Origin: an uncultured delta proteobacterium
GTDB lineage: Bacteria; Desulfobacterota; Desulfobacteria; Desulfobacterales; Desulfatirhabdiaceae
DNA: 64,000 nucleotides
NCBI GenBank assembly: GCA_963789395.1
Contig: CAWBKP010000017.1
Coordinates: 54,612 to 118,611 of the forward strand
Direction of reading: 5' to 3'
The notes under the pieces: generated by a model
Told to the model about the DNA's origin: nothing
What the model saw: the letters and a program-made list of their open reading frames with translations, nothing else
The model's database searches: none
Shown: piece by piece, positions 30,319-40,290 of the stretch
Layout of the letters: every line of letters begins with the position of its first letter
Position numbering within the stretch: the stretch's first letter is position 1
Translations under genes and position numbers: made by a program

Positions 30319-31299
30319 ATGCTCAAATACCTGCCTAGTTCAGTTCGTGGGTGTATATCCCTGATGTTGTATTTTTTGAATACCATCATGCTCACAACCC
30401 CCCTGCTGATCATTGCGGTCTTCAAGTTCGTGATTCCCGTCGGGATCTGGAGAAAGCGATGTGATGCGGTCATTAACTGGATAGCCGGATCATGGATAGC
30501 GATCAACAACTGGAACATCCGGCTGACAAATCCTGCCAGGTGGGATGTTCAGGGAGTCGATGCCCTGGATAAAAAGGGCTGGTACATGGTCGTGGCTAAC
30601 CATCAATCCTGGCTGGACATTCTGGTGCTTCAAAAAATTTTTCATGGGAAAATACCTTTTTTGAAGTTTTTTTTAAAAAAAGAGCTGATCTGGGTTCCTT
30701 TACTGGGCCTGGCGTGGTGGGCGCTTGATTTCCCATTCATGAAGCGCCATACCAAATCCTATTTGAAAAAACATCCGGATCAGAAAGGAAAGGATCTGGA
30801 AATCACACAAAAAGCCTGTAAAAAATTCAAAACCATGCCCGTGTCGGTTATGAATTTTCTTGAAGGCACCCGGTTTACACCCGAGAAGCACAGCAGGCAG
30901 CAGTCGCCTTTTGTGCATCTGCTCAAACCCAAAGCCGGCGGAATTGCTTTTGTCCTGGCGGCCATGGGAGAGCAGATGCATCAGATGCTGGATGTAACCA
31001 TTGCCTACCCGGACGGGGCCAGAAATTTCTGGCAGTTTCTCTGTGGAGATGTCAGGGAAATTCGGGTGCGTGTGGAATCTCGCCCCATTGATCCGGAACT
31101 GATCGGGAATTATTTTACGAACAAAAAGTTTCGTGTTACGTTTCAAAATCATTTGAACAAGATGTGGGCGGAAAAAGACGCACTGCTTTGCTCATTGCTG
31201 GGTCAACCTGCCGCGTCCATTGTTCCGGCATCCGAAACGGAGAATGCCAAAAGCCCCGGCATTCACCGTAAAATGGATCCTGACATGATTCAATCCTGA
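30319..31299 (+). CDS. PlsC/YihG-family acyltransferase
   Basis: NHQSWLDI, KFFLKKEL, FLEGTRF, LLKPKAGG. Confidence 0.92.
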   Translation: MLKYLPSSVRGCISLMLYFLNTIMLTTPLLIIAVFKFVIPVGIWRKRCDAVINWIAGSWIAINNWNIRLTNPARWDVQGVDALDKKGWYMVVANHQSWLDILVLQKIFHGKIPFLKFFLKKELIWVPLLGLAWWALDFPFMKRHTKSYLKKHPDQKGKDLEITQKACKKFKTMPVSVMNFLEGTRFTPEKHSRQQSPFVHLLKPKAGGIAFVLAAMGEQMHQMLDVTIAYPDGARNFWQFLCGDVREIRVRVESRPIDPELIGNYFTNKKFRVTFQNHLNKMWAEKDALLCSLLGQPAASIVPASETENAKSPGIHRKMDPDMIQS

Positions 31300-31373
31300 T
31301 AGCCATCATCAACATTCCGACCTGCTTCCGGCTGGAAAGCCGGGTGTCTTAAAGGGACTGTGTTTTTTCCTGA

Positions 31374-31402
31374 TTGACAACGCGTTGTATTTTATCTATT
31401 GT
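31374..31402 (+). promoter_or_regulatory. Putative sigma-70 promoter
   Basis: TTGACA-17 nt-TATTGT. Confidence 0.55.
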
Positions 31403-31621
31403 ATATACTGATGTGGGCTTACGGTCGCTCAAATTATGCTGACAAACGGCCTTTAATCAGCTAATTGCGGTAGAGAGGCATGATTGCCGCCGCCGTTTCC
31501 GCTAAAGGGGTAGTAATAAACCATCATGTGTTTTAGTATGTTGCCGTATGAAAGTGAACTTGCATCAAGTAGCTTGTCACTTTATACAGACAGACCCTGA
31601 CAACAACAAAAGGATCAAACC

Positions 31622-32119
31622 ATGCGTTTACATACCAGACGAAATGCGTTGATCGCCGGCTGCCTGGGGCTCTGCATTGTGATATTATCGTCCTGTTCCA
31701 TGCCTGGCCAGCGGGTTGAACCGCCGCAGATCACCCTTTCTTCCATTAAGATTCAGGATATCAACCTCTTTGAAGCTGTGATTCATATTGAAGTGCGGGT
31801 TGTTAACCCGCAGGATGCGACCTATGATATTAAAGGCATAGACTGTGTGCTGGATATGGATCAGGTTAAGCTTGCATCCGGTGTTTCCAATATCCCGACC
31901 CATATACCATCGCTTGAATCCGCAGTGATTCCCTTGACGATTTATTCTTCAGTCGAAGACATGGCAAAATGTTTAAGAGAACTGAAAGGTAAAGATAGAA
32001 TCAATTATAACATCAAGGGAAAACTGCATCTTGCCGGAGGATTTTTAAAACCGTCCATGATCGCTTTCAATACCGATGGCCAGATTTCTTTGGAAGGGTT
32101 GAAAAATCTCAAGCTATAA
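31622..32119 (+). CDS. LEA type 2 (WHy domain) lipoprotein
   Basis: Lipobox LSSC; VEPPQI, VRVVNPQD, LASG motifs. Confidence 0.82.
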   Translation: MRLHTRRNALIAGCLGLCIVILSSCSMPGQRVEPPQITLSSIKIQDINLFEAVIHIEVRVVNPQDATYDIKGIDCVLDMDQVKLASGVSNIPTHIPSLESAVIPLTIYSSVEDMAKCLRELKGKDRINYNIKGKLHLAGGFLKPSMIAFNTDGQISLEGLKNLKL

Positions 32120-32139
32120 CCCATCGCAGTCCCCGGATA

Positions 32140-32577
32140 TCAGTCCTTCTGGTTGATCAGCTGTTTTACAGCCTCCAGCAGCGGAGATTTCAGCGGACGC
32201 CATCTTGGTTTGATCGCCTTGTCTTCCTGCCATTCAAATTCTACAGCCTCCAGCCGTTCCGGAATCACCCGCTCCCCTTGCTGGCCATATGTCGTCTGGG
32301 GATAATATTCTATCCAGAGCATTCTGGACGGATCTATATTGAAGTCATTGGTCACGCAGGTTGCGATGTGGCCCGTACAACTTCTAATGGTCATCTTGCT
32401 TTCCGGAACATCCGTGATCACAATGATAATGGGTTTCAGAAACGAGATCCCTTTTGAAGTCAGGTCTTTTCTGAGATCAAATATCCGCAGCCTGCACTTC
32501 CCATTTCCCAGCCGCAGTTTTCCTCCCCAGCCATCCCATGAATAGACGTTGTCGTATGTCAGCATAATCATCCTCAA
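32140..32577 (-). CDS. Hypothetical protein
   Basis: 145-aa ORF directly downstream of rsmA; WDGWGGK...WIEYYP. Confidence 0.7.
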   Translation of the reverse strand: MRMIMLTYDNVYSWDGWGGKLRLGNGKCRLRIFDLRKDLTSKGISFLKPIIIVITDVPESKMTIRSCTGHIATCVTNDFNIDPSRMLWIEYYPQTTYGQQGERVIPERLEAVEFEWQEDKAIKPRWRPLKSPLLEAVKQLINQKD

Positions 32578-32593
32578 ATAAAGAAGTCAGTGG

Positions 32594-33466
32594 TCAGCCT
32601 TCAAGCCTTGGAGTTTCATCATTGATAAGATTGCCCAGACAATTGCTGAGTGCAACAAATTCTGCGACAGACAGTGTTTCCGCCCGGCGGGATGGGGCAA
32701 TGGATGAGCATGTTAATGCCTTTTCAGCCAGTTGGCCGGAGATTCCCAGACTGCTTGATGAAAGCGCATTTTTCAGGGTTTTCCGGCGCTTTCCAAAAGA
32801 AGCCTGAATCACCCGTGACAGAAAAACATCATCATCAGCCGGGTAGGGCAAATGGGATTTAAATCGGATTTCAACAACTTCTGAATCCACTTTGGGTTTC
32901 GGGAAAAACAGGTGCGATTTAACGGTTGCAAGCGTGCTGACATCGGCGCAGTATTTCAGCATCACCGTAATGCGGCCATAATCCTTTACACCTGGATCCG
33001 AGGTGATACGTTCGGCAAGTTCTTTTTGAAACATGAGAATAGCACGGGAAACAGCATTTCGGTTTTGAATCAGTTGAATCAATACCTGGGATGAAATATT
33101 GTAGGGCAAATTCCCCATGACAACAAGCGGATGGCCTGCCTGATCGGCGATTTCATGCACATTTACCTTCAGGATGTCGTTTTCAATTATTGTCACATTG
33201 GATAATGGGCCGGAGGCGACCAAGGACTTCAGGATTCCGGCAATCTGATGGTCTTTTTCAACCGCAATGACTTGCCGGGCGCATTTTGCCAGTGGGAAAG
33301 TCAGTGCGCCGAGGCCCGGTCCAATTTCAAGAACGGTATCGGATGCGCCGATCCTGGCACGCGAAACAATCATTTCCGCGGTTGATGGATCTGACAAAAA
33401 ATTCTGGCCCAGTTGCTTCTTGGCATGAAGATCCATACTGCTTAAAAGGGTTCTTGGAGATGTCAT
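32594..33466 (-). CDS. rsmA: 16S rRNA m6,2A1518/1519 dimethyltransferase
   Basis: KKQLGQNFL, VLEIGPGLG, GNLPYNISS, MFQKELAER, PKPKVDS. Confidence 0.96.
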   Translation of the reverse strand: MTSPRTLLSSMDLHAKKQLGQNFLSDPSTAEMIVSRARIGASDTVLEIGPGLGALTFPLAKCARQVIAVEKDHQIAGILKSLVASGPLSNVTIIENDILKVNVHEIADQAGHPLVVMGNLPYNISSQVLIQLIQNRNAVSRAILMFQKELAERITSDPGVKDYGRITVMLKYCADVSTLATVKSHLFFPKPKVDSEVVEIRFKSHLPYPADDDVFLSRVIQASFGKRRKTLKNALSSSSLGISGQLAEKALTCSSIAPSRRAETLSVAEFVALSNCLGNLINDETPRLEG

Positions 33467-33552
33467 GCAGATAGCCTTTAATTCGTGTTTGAACGGACTA
33501 TCCATTCAAACACGAGTTGTCTCTTTTCGATAAATGGATAAAATGAACCGGT

Positions 33553-34389
33553 CTATCCTGCCATGACCGGGTTGATGATGCTGCCGATGGATTCGATGCT
33601 GCATTCCACGACATTTCCCGCCTTCAGAACAATGGGAGGATCTCTGAATATCCCGACGCCGGAAGGCGTACCGGTTGAAATTATGTCTCCTGGAATCAGG
33701 GTCATGTCTTTGCTGATATACTCGATCAGAAAAGGGATATCAAAAATCATATCAGATGTATTGCCATCTTGCATCACAACGCCGTCAACTCGCGTTGTCA
33801 ATTGCAGATTGTTGATATTGTCGATCTCATCGGGAGTGACCAGAACCGGGCCAAGCGGGGCGAACGTATCAAAGGATTTCCCTCTGAACCATTGGGTGTC
33901 GCCAAACTGCGCCTCCCTTGCCGAAACATCGTTCATAACGGCAAAACCGGCAACATGCGCCATGGCATGGGTCCGGGAAATCCGCCTGCATGTTTTGCCG
34001 ATAATCACTGCAAGCTCTACCTCCCAGTCAACCTGGCCGCTGCTTTTGGGAAGCACAATCGGATCAAAGGGTCCGCTGAGCGCGCTGGTGGCTTTACAAA
34101 ACAATAGCGGCTTGTCCGGATTGTCAAAACCGCCTTCCTTGGCATGTTCAGCGTAATTTTTCCCCAGACAAATGATCTTGGACGGTCGGTGAATCGGGCT
34201 TGTCAAGCGGACATCCAAAGCAATGCCAGGGGTATTGACGCTGAACAGTTTTTCCAGCCAGCCTTCTGAAAAAAAAGTTTCACCAATGTCCGGAATTGAA
34301 GGAAAAATCGTTCTCAGGTCCACAATAAGACCATCTTTCCAAAGGCCGGGCTTTACTTCACCATTGTGAATCATTCGAATCAGTTTCAT
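33553..34389 (-). CDS. Fumarylacetoacetate hydrolase family protein
   Basis: KIICLGKNYAEH, DWEVEL, NDVSAR, GKSFDTF, DIISTGTPSGVG. Confidence 0.93.
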   Translation of the reverse strand: MKLIRMIHNGEVKPGLWKDGLIVDLRTIFPSIPDIGETFFSEGWLEKLFSVNTPGIALDVRLTSPIHRPSKIICLGKNYAEHAKEGGFDNPDKPLLFCKATSALSGPFDPIVLPKSSGQVDWEVELAVIIGKTCRRISRTHAMAHVAGFAVMNDVSAREAQFGDTQWFRGKSFDTFAPLGPVLVTPDEIDNINNLQLTTRVDGVVMQDGNTSDMIFDIPFLIEYISKDMTLIPGDIISTGTPSGVGIFRDPPIVLKAGNVVECSIESIGSIINPVMAG

Positions 34390-34639
34390 ATGGGCAACTA
34401 TCCTTTCGATGGTTCATCATGTAAGCAGCATACCACTTACGGGTAAGAATGCAATTTGTAAATACATCAAGTCCATGCAAACCGTATGTTCAACGTTAAT
34501 TGCTCACGCTTTCAGATGGATGAATTCTTGACATTACAGCGCCATTTTTATACATATCCCCAAATAATATTTGTCGTATGTTTCGAACCGAAGGAATCGG
34601 CAGTCTAACCTGTTTTGTCAAATCAGAAAGGAGAATCGC

Positions 34640-35314
34640 ATGAATATCTTGTTTTTTGGACCGAATGGCAGTGGCAAGGGAACCCAGGGTGCAATATTGA
34701 AGGATAAGTACAACACTCCCCATATCGAGTCCGGGGCAATTTTTCGAGAGAATATCGGAAAAGGAACTGAATTGGGCGCCAAGGCCAAGGCCTATATCGA
34801 CAAAGGAGATCTGGTTCCGGATGAAATCACCATCCCCATGATTCTCGACCGCATGAAACAGCCTGATTGTAAGAACGGATGGCTTCTGGATGGTTTTCCG
34901 CGAAATAAAAATCAGGCCATCAAGCTGGATGAGGCGCTCAAGGCCGAAGGTCTGGCACTGGATATCGTGATTGAAATTCTTCTGGATCGCGAAACCGCAA
35001 AAAACAGAATCATGGGGCGCAGATTGTGCGTCAAGGACAACAACCACCCGAATAATATTTACATTGACGCCATTATGCCAAAGGACGGCAAATGCAGGGT
35101 TTGCGGCGGCGAGCTGAAAACTCGCGCCGATGATCAGGATGAAGCCGCTATCGGTAAACGTCATGACATTTATTACAATACCATAGATGGAACGCTGGCG
35201 TCCGCCTATTATTTCAGAGATCTGGCGGCTGCCGGAAAAGGTATTCGATACATTACGCTGGATGGAAAACCGAGCGTTAAGGAAGTGCAAGCTGAACTGA
35301 TTTCCAAGCTGTAA
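34640..35314 (+). CDS. adk: Adenylate kinase with metal-binding LID
   Basis: GPNGSGKGTQ, WLLDGFPR, RADD; LID C-x5-H-x15-C-x2-C; AAGGAG RBS. Confidence 0.96.
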   Translation: MNILFFGPNGSGKGTQGAILKDKYNTPHIESGAIFRENIGKGTELGAKAKAYIDKGDLVPDEITIPMILDRMKQPDCKNGWLLDGFPRNKNQAIKLDEALKAEGLALDIVIEILLDRETAKNRIMGRRLCVKDNNHPNNIYIDAIMPKDGKCRVCGGELKTRADDQDEAAIGKRHDIYYNTIDGTLASAYYFRDLAAAGKGIRYITLDGKPSVKEVQAELISKL

Positions 35315-35484
35315 GGTCTCAGAATTTTCAGCCCCCTGTTTTTTCCAGAATTTCGAGAATTTTTATTCGAATTTTCTTGAATAAATTTGTTTTTTTGGAT
35401 ATCATTATAAAATATATGAAAGAAATGAACCACAGCTGATATCGGACGCAGGAAATCGGGGTGGTAAAGAAGGGGGCGAATAAG

Positions 35485-35691
35485 GTGAAGGAAATTCAGG
35501 TCAAGGTTTTTGATAACGATCTGGAAAAGGCCATGCGTATTTTGAAAAAAAAGATTCAGAATGATGGCCTTTTCAAACGGCTCAAGCTTAAAAAGAGTTA
35601 TGAAAAACCAAGCGAATACAAACGGCGCAAACAGCGTGAAGCCATCAGAAGACAGCGAATTGCCGCATCCAGAAGCAAGGCTTCAAGATAG
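35485..35691 (+). CDS. rpsU: 30S ribosomal protein S21
   Basis: LEKAMRILKKK...YEKPSEYKRRK. Confidence 0.93.
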   Translation: MKEIQVKVFDNDLEKAMRILKKKIQNDGLFKRLKLKKSYEKPSEYKRRKQREAIRRQRIAASRSKASR

Positions 35692-35716
35692 CATTTACCC
35701 CAAGGAATAATCCCTT

Positions 35717-35751
35717 AGCCCGGCAGAAATTCATTTTTGCCGGGCTTTTTT
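35717..35751 (+). terminator. Intrinsic terminator after rpsU
   Basis: AGCCCGGCAGAAA-TTCA-TTTTTGCCGGGCT followed by a T run. Confidence 0.8.
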
Positions 35752-37062
35752 ATGTCTATGAAACCAAATCCTCCCGCAACGTATTCAGATTGCCTGAAGT
35801 CAATGTATGGTCTTCGCCGTTTCGGCATCAAGCTGGGCCTGTCGACCATACGCCAGATTTTGTCCGGCCTCGGCAATCCTCAGCACCGTTTTGCCTGCAT
35901 TCATGTAGCCGGAACCAATGGAAAAGGGTCAGTGGCATCTTTTCTTGCCGCGATTCTAACGGCATCCGGCCACAAGGTGGGGCTTTACACGTCTCCGCAT
36001 CTGGTCCGGTTCAATGAACGGATATGTGTCAACAATCAACAGATTTCCGATGAAAACGTGGTCTCCGCATATCGGGCAGTGACTGATGTATTTGTCGGGG
36101 ACCGGGAGCCTACATTTTTTGAATATACCACGGCCATGGCACTTTATGAATTTGGCAGGCAGGCCGTGGACTGGGCAGTTATTGAAACCGGAATGGGAGG
36201 ACGGCTGGATGCCACAAATATCCTTCAGCCCGTGGTTTCGATCATCACCAATGTATCCCTGGAACATCAGGCGTATCTGGGGACGACCCTTGCAGAAATC
36301 GCCGGCGAAAAAGGCGGGATCATCAAGCGCGATACCCCGGTTGTTACGGCCGTTTCCCAGCCTGCTGCCATTTCTGTCCTGGAGAATCTGGCATCAGCAT
36401 TGTCTGCGCCGTTATTTCGGCTGAAAAAGGATTTCAGGGTTCGAAGACATGCCAACCACAGTTTTTCCTATTATGGCCTGGATCATGTGTGGCGGGGTAT
36501 TACCATCAGTCTGACGGGAAGTCATCAGGTGGAGAACGCGGCGCTGGTTCTGGCAGCTTGTGAACTGCTTAACCGGAAAAACACGGTCATTTCTCTAAAG
36601 CATATTCAGGCCGGTCTAAACACTACCCGCTGGCCCGGGCGCCTGGAAGTGGTTTCCGATCATCCGATGATTATCCTGGACGGGGCCCATAATCTGAATG
36701 CGTCCAGAGAGCTGGCAAAATATCTGAAAACGGAACTCAAAGGCCGCAACATTACCCTTGTTGTGGGCGTTCTGGAGGACAAGCCTTATGCCGCCATTCT
36801 TGCAAACCTGCTTTCCGTATGTTCCCGGGTGATCCTGACAAGTCCGAAAATTGACCGCGCACTTCCCGTAGATGTCCTCTATCCGATTGCAGCCGCCATA
36901 ACGCCTGATGTTCACATGATACCGGATGTTTCCCGTGCCATTGCCTTTGCCGTTAACACTGCGCGGCCTGATGACGTGATCTGTGTGGCCGGCTCGCTGT
37001 ATGTCGTGGGAGAAGCAAAGGCATTTCTGAGCCCATCCGAAGAAGGTGTTCAGTATATGTAA
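35752..37062 (+). CDS. folC: Folylpolyglutamate synthase/dihydrofolate synthase
   Basis: IHVAGTNGKGS, YTSPHL, ETGMGGRLDATN, WPGRLE, LDGAHN, GSLYVVGE. Confidence 0.96.
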   Translation: MSMKPNPPATYSDCLKSMYGLRRFGIKLGLSTIRQILSGLGNPQHRFACIHVAGTNGKGSVASFLAAILTASGHKVGLYTSPHLVRFNERICVNNQQISDENVVSAYRAVTDVFVGDREPTFFEYTTAMALYEFGRQAVDWAVIETGMGGRLDATNILQPVVSIITNVSLEHQAYLGTTLAEIAGEKGGIIKRDTPVVTAVSQPAAISVLENLASALSAPLFRLKKDFRVRRHANHSFSYYGLDHVWRGITISLTGSHQVENAALVLAACELLNRKNTVISLKHIQAGLNTTRWPGRLEVVSDHPMIILDGAHNLNASRELAKYLKTELKGRNITLVVGVLEDKPYAAILANLLSVCSRVILTSPKIDRALPVDVLYPIAAAITPDVHMIPDVSRAIAFAVNTARPDDVICVAGSLYVVGEAKAFLSPSEEGVQYM

Positions 37063-37109
37063 CGAATCAGCATCATGATTCTGGGATTCCGGCATTGATT
37101 TCATATAGC

Positions 37110-37138
37110 TTGACTTATTCATCAGGTTCATTTACTAT
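37110..37138 (+). promoter_or_regulatory. Putative sigma-70 promoter for tRNA-Arg
   Basis: TTGACT-17 nt-TACTAT about 50 nt upstream of the tRNA. Confidence 0.6.
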
Positions 37139-37189
37139 CTCAACATAAGCAGATAGCTGTTTTTGCTTAACTTCTGCTTAACATGATGT

Positions 37190-37265
37190 GCGCCCGTGGC
37201 CCAGGGGATAGGGCGTCAGCCTCCGGAGCTGAAGACCGCTGGTTCAAGTCCAGCCGGGCGTACCA
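37190..37265 (+). tRNA. tRNA-Arg(CCG)
   Basis: Acceptor GCGCCCG/CGGGCGT, anticodon arm TCAGC-CTCCGGA-GCTGA, GGTTCAAGTCC T-arm, encoded CCA. Confidence 0.96.
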
Positions 37266-37323
37266 TTTAACTTCCTCGTTAGTTCTTTTTCTATAAGAGA
37301 CATTTCCTTGCGGTAACCTATTC

Positions 37324-37983
37324 ATGAAACATATCTGGATTATCGGTGCAGGCCGATTTGGGAAAAAAGCCGTATCTGCCATAAAAAAACGCTTTCCGGA
37401 AACCGTCATCACTGTGGTGGACCACTGTTCGAATGCCTGCGACGCCATCGCTGAGCCGGGCCTTACCACGGTATGCATGGACGGTGTTTCATTTCTGAAC
37501 CGCCGCCTTGTGGATGCAGATGAACCAATCTGGATCATACCGGTTATTCCGGTCCATATTGTCTATGAGTGGATCCGGTTGAGACTGTCGCCTGACATGT
37601 TGCTCGCTCCCATTGACGTTCCGGAAGACATCTGCAGTTTGCTGCCAAATGTCTTCCCAGGAAAGGCAGGCGAGATTTTTGTCAGCAATGCCTCCTTTGT
37701 GTGCCCGGAAAACTGCTCCGAACCCCGAAATTTGTGTACCCATACCGGCATGCCCAGAAAACAATCCCTGTACCAGTCGATTGCGGCTCTTTCCCACGAT
37801 GGTTTTCTGAATCTTGTCCTTCAAAGCGAGCAACTGGCTCCGGGAATCGGAGGGATTAAGCCTGGGGCACTATTTGATGCGCTCACGGCCGTTCAGCGGC
37901 ATCCCGAATCCATTCTCCTGAGCACTGCCTGCAGGTGTCACGGGGTGGTTCAGGCATTCCGAAAAATCGCCATTGAAAGCTGA
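37324..37983 (+). CDS. Rossmann-fold (GxGxxG) protein with Cys/His-rich C-terminal domain
   Basis: IWIIGAGRFG; CPENCSEPRNLC; STACRCHG. Confidence 0.75.
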   Translation: MKHIWIIGAGRFGKKAVSAIKKRFPETVITVVDHCSNACDAIAEPGLTTVCMDGVSFLNRRLVDADEPIWIIPVIPVHIVYEWIRLRLSPDMLLAPIDVPEDICSLLPNVFPGKAGEIFVSNASFVCPENCSEPRNLCTHTGMPRKQSLYQSIAALSHDGFLNLVLQSEQLAPGIGGIKPGALFDALTAVQRHPESILLSTACRCHGVVQAFRKIAIES

Positions 37984-38061
37984 ATATCTCCATTTAGCCA
38001 TGTATCGCGGTATTCGGTCAATCTGGGATTTTCCTTGATTTAACCCTCGTTTTTATGAATA

Positions 38062-38817
38062 ATGGCGCTTATGAGCTATATTTTCGACTTTCATACCGCC
38101 AGAGCCTACGAACAGTGGGCAAAAAGACCGGAAATCAAACGTACCGAGGCGTTTGAACAGTTACTGATGCTGGAGATGCTCAATCCTATCCGGGGAAAGT
38201 CCGTACTGGAAGTCGGGTGTGGATCCGGATCCGGTCTGATCGCATTCATGGAAAAAGGTCTGGCGGTTACGGGTATTGACCCATCTCCATACATGCTGGA
38301 TATCGCCCATCGAAAAGTTGGCCATCGGGCGGATCTGCATCGTGCGGCAGGGGAAGATCTGCCTTTTGAAGATAATTCATTCCATTATGTCTGCCTGAAT
38401 CTTACCCTGGAATTTGTTGATGATCACGAGTCGGTTATTGAGGAAGCCTGCCGCGTGGCAAAGGACAAGGTTTATATCGGAATGATGAACCGGTTTGCTA
38501 TGAAAGGATATCGCCAGCGCATCAATGGTATTTTGTCTGAAAATATTCGGGCTCAGTTACAGTATTTCAGTGTGGGTGAAATAAAAGTCATTTTGCGCCG
38601 GCTTCTAGGCAATGTTCCCATTGATTCGCGGACCATTTATCATTTCCCGATATTGTTGATGAGGTTGCTTTATCGCATGGAACGATCCAGATTTTTGCAG
38701 CGCTTTCCTTTCGGCGCATATGCGGGCATTACGGCGGTTTTGGTTCCCCGGTTCAAAACCAAACCTTTGACCTTGAAGTACCAGCCGAAAACGACTGCCG
38801 GACCGGTTCCCGGATAA
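38062..38817 (+). CDS. Class I SAM-dependent methyltransferase
   Basis: VLEVGCGSG, GIDPSPYML, EDLPFEDNSF. Confidence 0.9.
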   Translation: MALMSYIFDFHTARAYEQWAKRPEIKRTEAFEQLLMLEMLNPIRGKSVLEVGCGSGSGLIAFMEKGLAVTGIDPSPYMLDIAHRKVGHRADLHRAAGEDLPFEDNSFHYVCLNLTLEFVDDHESVIEEACRVAKDKVYIGMMNRFAMKGYRQRINGILSENIRAQLQYFSVGEIKVILRRLLGNVPIDSRTIYHFPILLMRLLYRMERSRFLQRFPFGAYAGITAVLVPRFKTKPLTLKYQPKTTAGPVPG

Positions 38818-38839
38818 ATCGGATGCCTAAGGAGGGCCA

Positions 38840-39868
38840 ATGGAAGCCTGTCTTTATGAACCGCTAAAAAACCTGAAGGTTCAGTGCCATCTTTGCAGTC
38901 ACCGGTGCGTGATATCCGAAGGCCAGCGGGGAAAATGCTGCGTCCGGGAAAACCAGGCGGGTGTTTTAAAAACGCTGGTTTACGGCAGACTGATTGCTGG
39001 CCATGTGGATCCGATCGAAAAAAAACCTTTTTTTCACTTCATGCCCGGAAGCCTGTCATATTCCATCGCAACGGTCGGTTGTAATTTTTCATGCCGGTTC
39101 TGTCAAAATGCCGAAATTTCTCGAATGCCGGCGGATCAGAATGGAAAAATTTCAGGTGTCGTCTGCACGTCATCATCGGTTCTCGACGAAGCACAGAAAA
39201 CCGGTTGCAAAAGCATTGCATTCACCTATACCGAGCCGACTGTTTTTTTTGAGTTTGCATTGGATACAGCGAAGATGGCGCATGAAAGAGGGATTCGAAA
39301 CGTATTTGTGACCAATGGCTATATGACGCCGGAAGCCTTGGAGAAAATCCGTCCTTATCTGGATGCCGCCAATGTGGATTTAAAGGCTTTTCGGGAAAAA
39401 TTTTATAAGGAAGTTTGCGGTGCCAGCCTCAAGCCGGTTCAGAAAACCCTTACCTTGATGAAAGCAATGGGAATACATCTTGAAGTTACAACGCTGCTGA
39501 TCCCAGACATGAATGATGATCCAGTCCAGCTTTCCGAAATGGCCGCTTTTATCGCAAGGGATCTTGGATCAGACACTCCCTGGCATATCAGCCGCTTTCA
39601 CCCGACATATAAACTGACCGATTGCCCGCCGACGTCGTTAGACGCATTGGCTATTGCCAGAGAAATCGGGATTCAATCCGGCCTGAAATATGTTTATACC
39701 GGAAATGCTCCCGGCGATAACGGTGAAAACACCTATTGCCATCAATGCGGCAAACTGCTCATTGAAAGATGGGGGGTTGCCATTCGAAAAAACCGGATTG
39801 TGGACAGCTCTTGTGTGTTCTGCAATGCGCTGATTCCAGGGGTTGACATGTCCGGACAGCATACTTAG
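38840..39868 (+). CDS. amrS: AmmeMemoRadiSam-system radical SAM enzyme
   Basis: N-terminal CHLC..C..G.C, DPIEKKP, GCNFSCRFCQN, FTYTEP, PWHISRFHP, C-terminal CxxC...CxxC. Confidence 0.88.
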   Translation: MEACLYEPLKNLKVQCHLCSHRCVISEGQRGKCCVRENQAGVLKTLVYGRLIAGHVDPIEKKPFFHFMPGSLSYSIATVGCNFSCRFCQNAEISRMPADQNGKISGVVCTSSSVLDEAQKTGCKSIAFTYTEPTVFFEFALDTAKMAHERGIRNVFVTNGYMTPEALEKIRPYLDAANVDLKAFREKFYKEVCGASLKPVQKTLTLMKAMGIHLEVTTLLIPDMNDDPVQLSEMAAFIARDLGSDTPWHISRFHPTYKLTDCPPTSLDALAIAREIGIQSGLKYVYTGNAPGDNGENTYCHQCGKLLIERWGVAIRKNRIVDSSCVFCNALIPGVDMSGQHT

Positions 39869-39875
39869 GAATGCT

Positions 39876-40115
39876 ATGACAAAAGACAAAATCATGTTGC
39901 AGTTTATCTGGGCAATAGCCCTTATTCTGGCAGGTATCGGGATGTTTTTCAGAATTCCCCAGCTCATGCCACAGATCAAAGCCAATCCCCAATTTGCCGA
40001 TGGTATCGGATTTATCTACTTTTGTTTGTACCTTCTGGGAATACTTCTTGTCGGCGGCGGCATTAAAAAAATGGCAAAAACGTATAAGCATTACAGAGAA
40101 ATGCGTTCATCATAA
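39876..40115 (+). CDS. Small two-TM membrane protein
   Basis: Two hydrophobic helices, AGGA RBS, immediately follows amrS. Confidence 0.7.
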   Translation: MTKDKIMLQFIWAIALILAGIGMFFRIPQLMPQIKANPQFADGIGFIYFCLYLLGILLVGGGIKKMAKTYKHYREMRSS

Positions 40116-40290
40116 GCCCATACCCCTGCAGGTCGCACGTATATAGTGTTTTGTTTTCCGCATCCTCTCTGCTCCATATTTTCAAAAGCCACTTCTGCCG
40201 CCCTTTCCGCGGGCCGCCTTCGGGTCATCCTGCAGGCAACCCCAAAATAGGTCACTGCGCTTTATTTTTAACTGATGAAGGGGGGATCTT

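Noticed and set aside
40116..40290. GC-rich leader before the GAF-GspE gene as a c-di-GMP riboswitch
   Set aside because: No GEMM core (GGCAAA...GAAA...GACGCAAAG) found on either strand.
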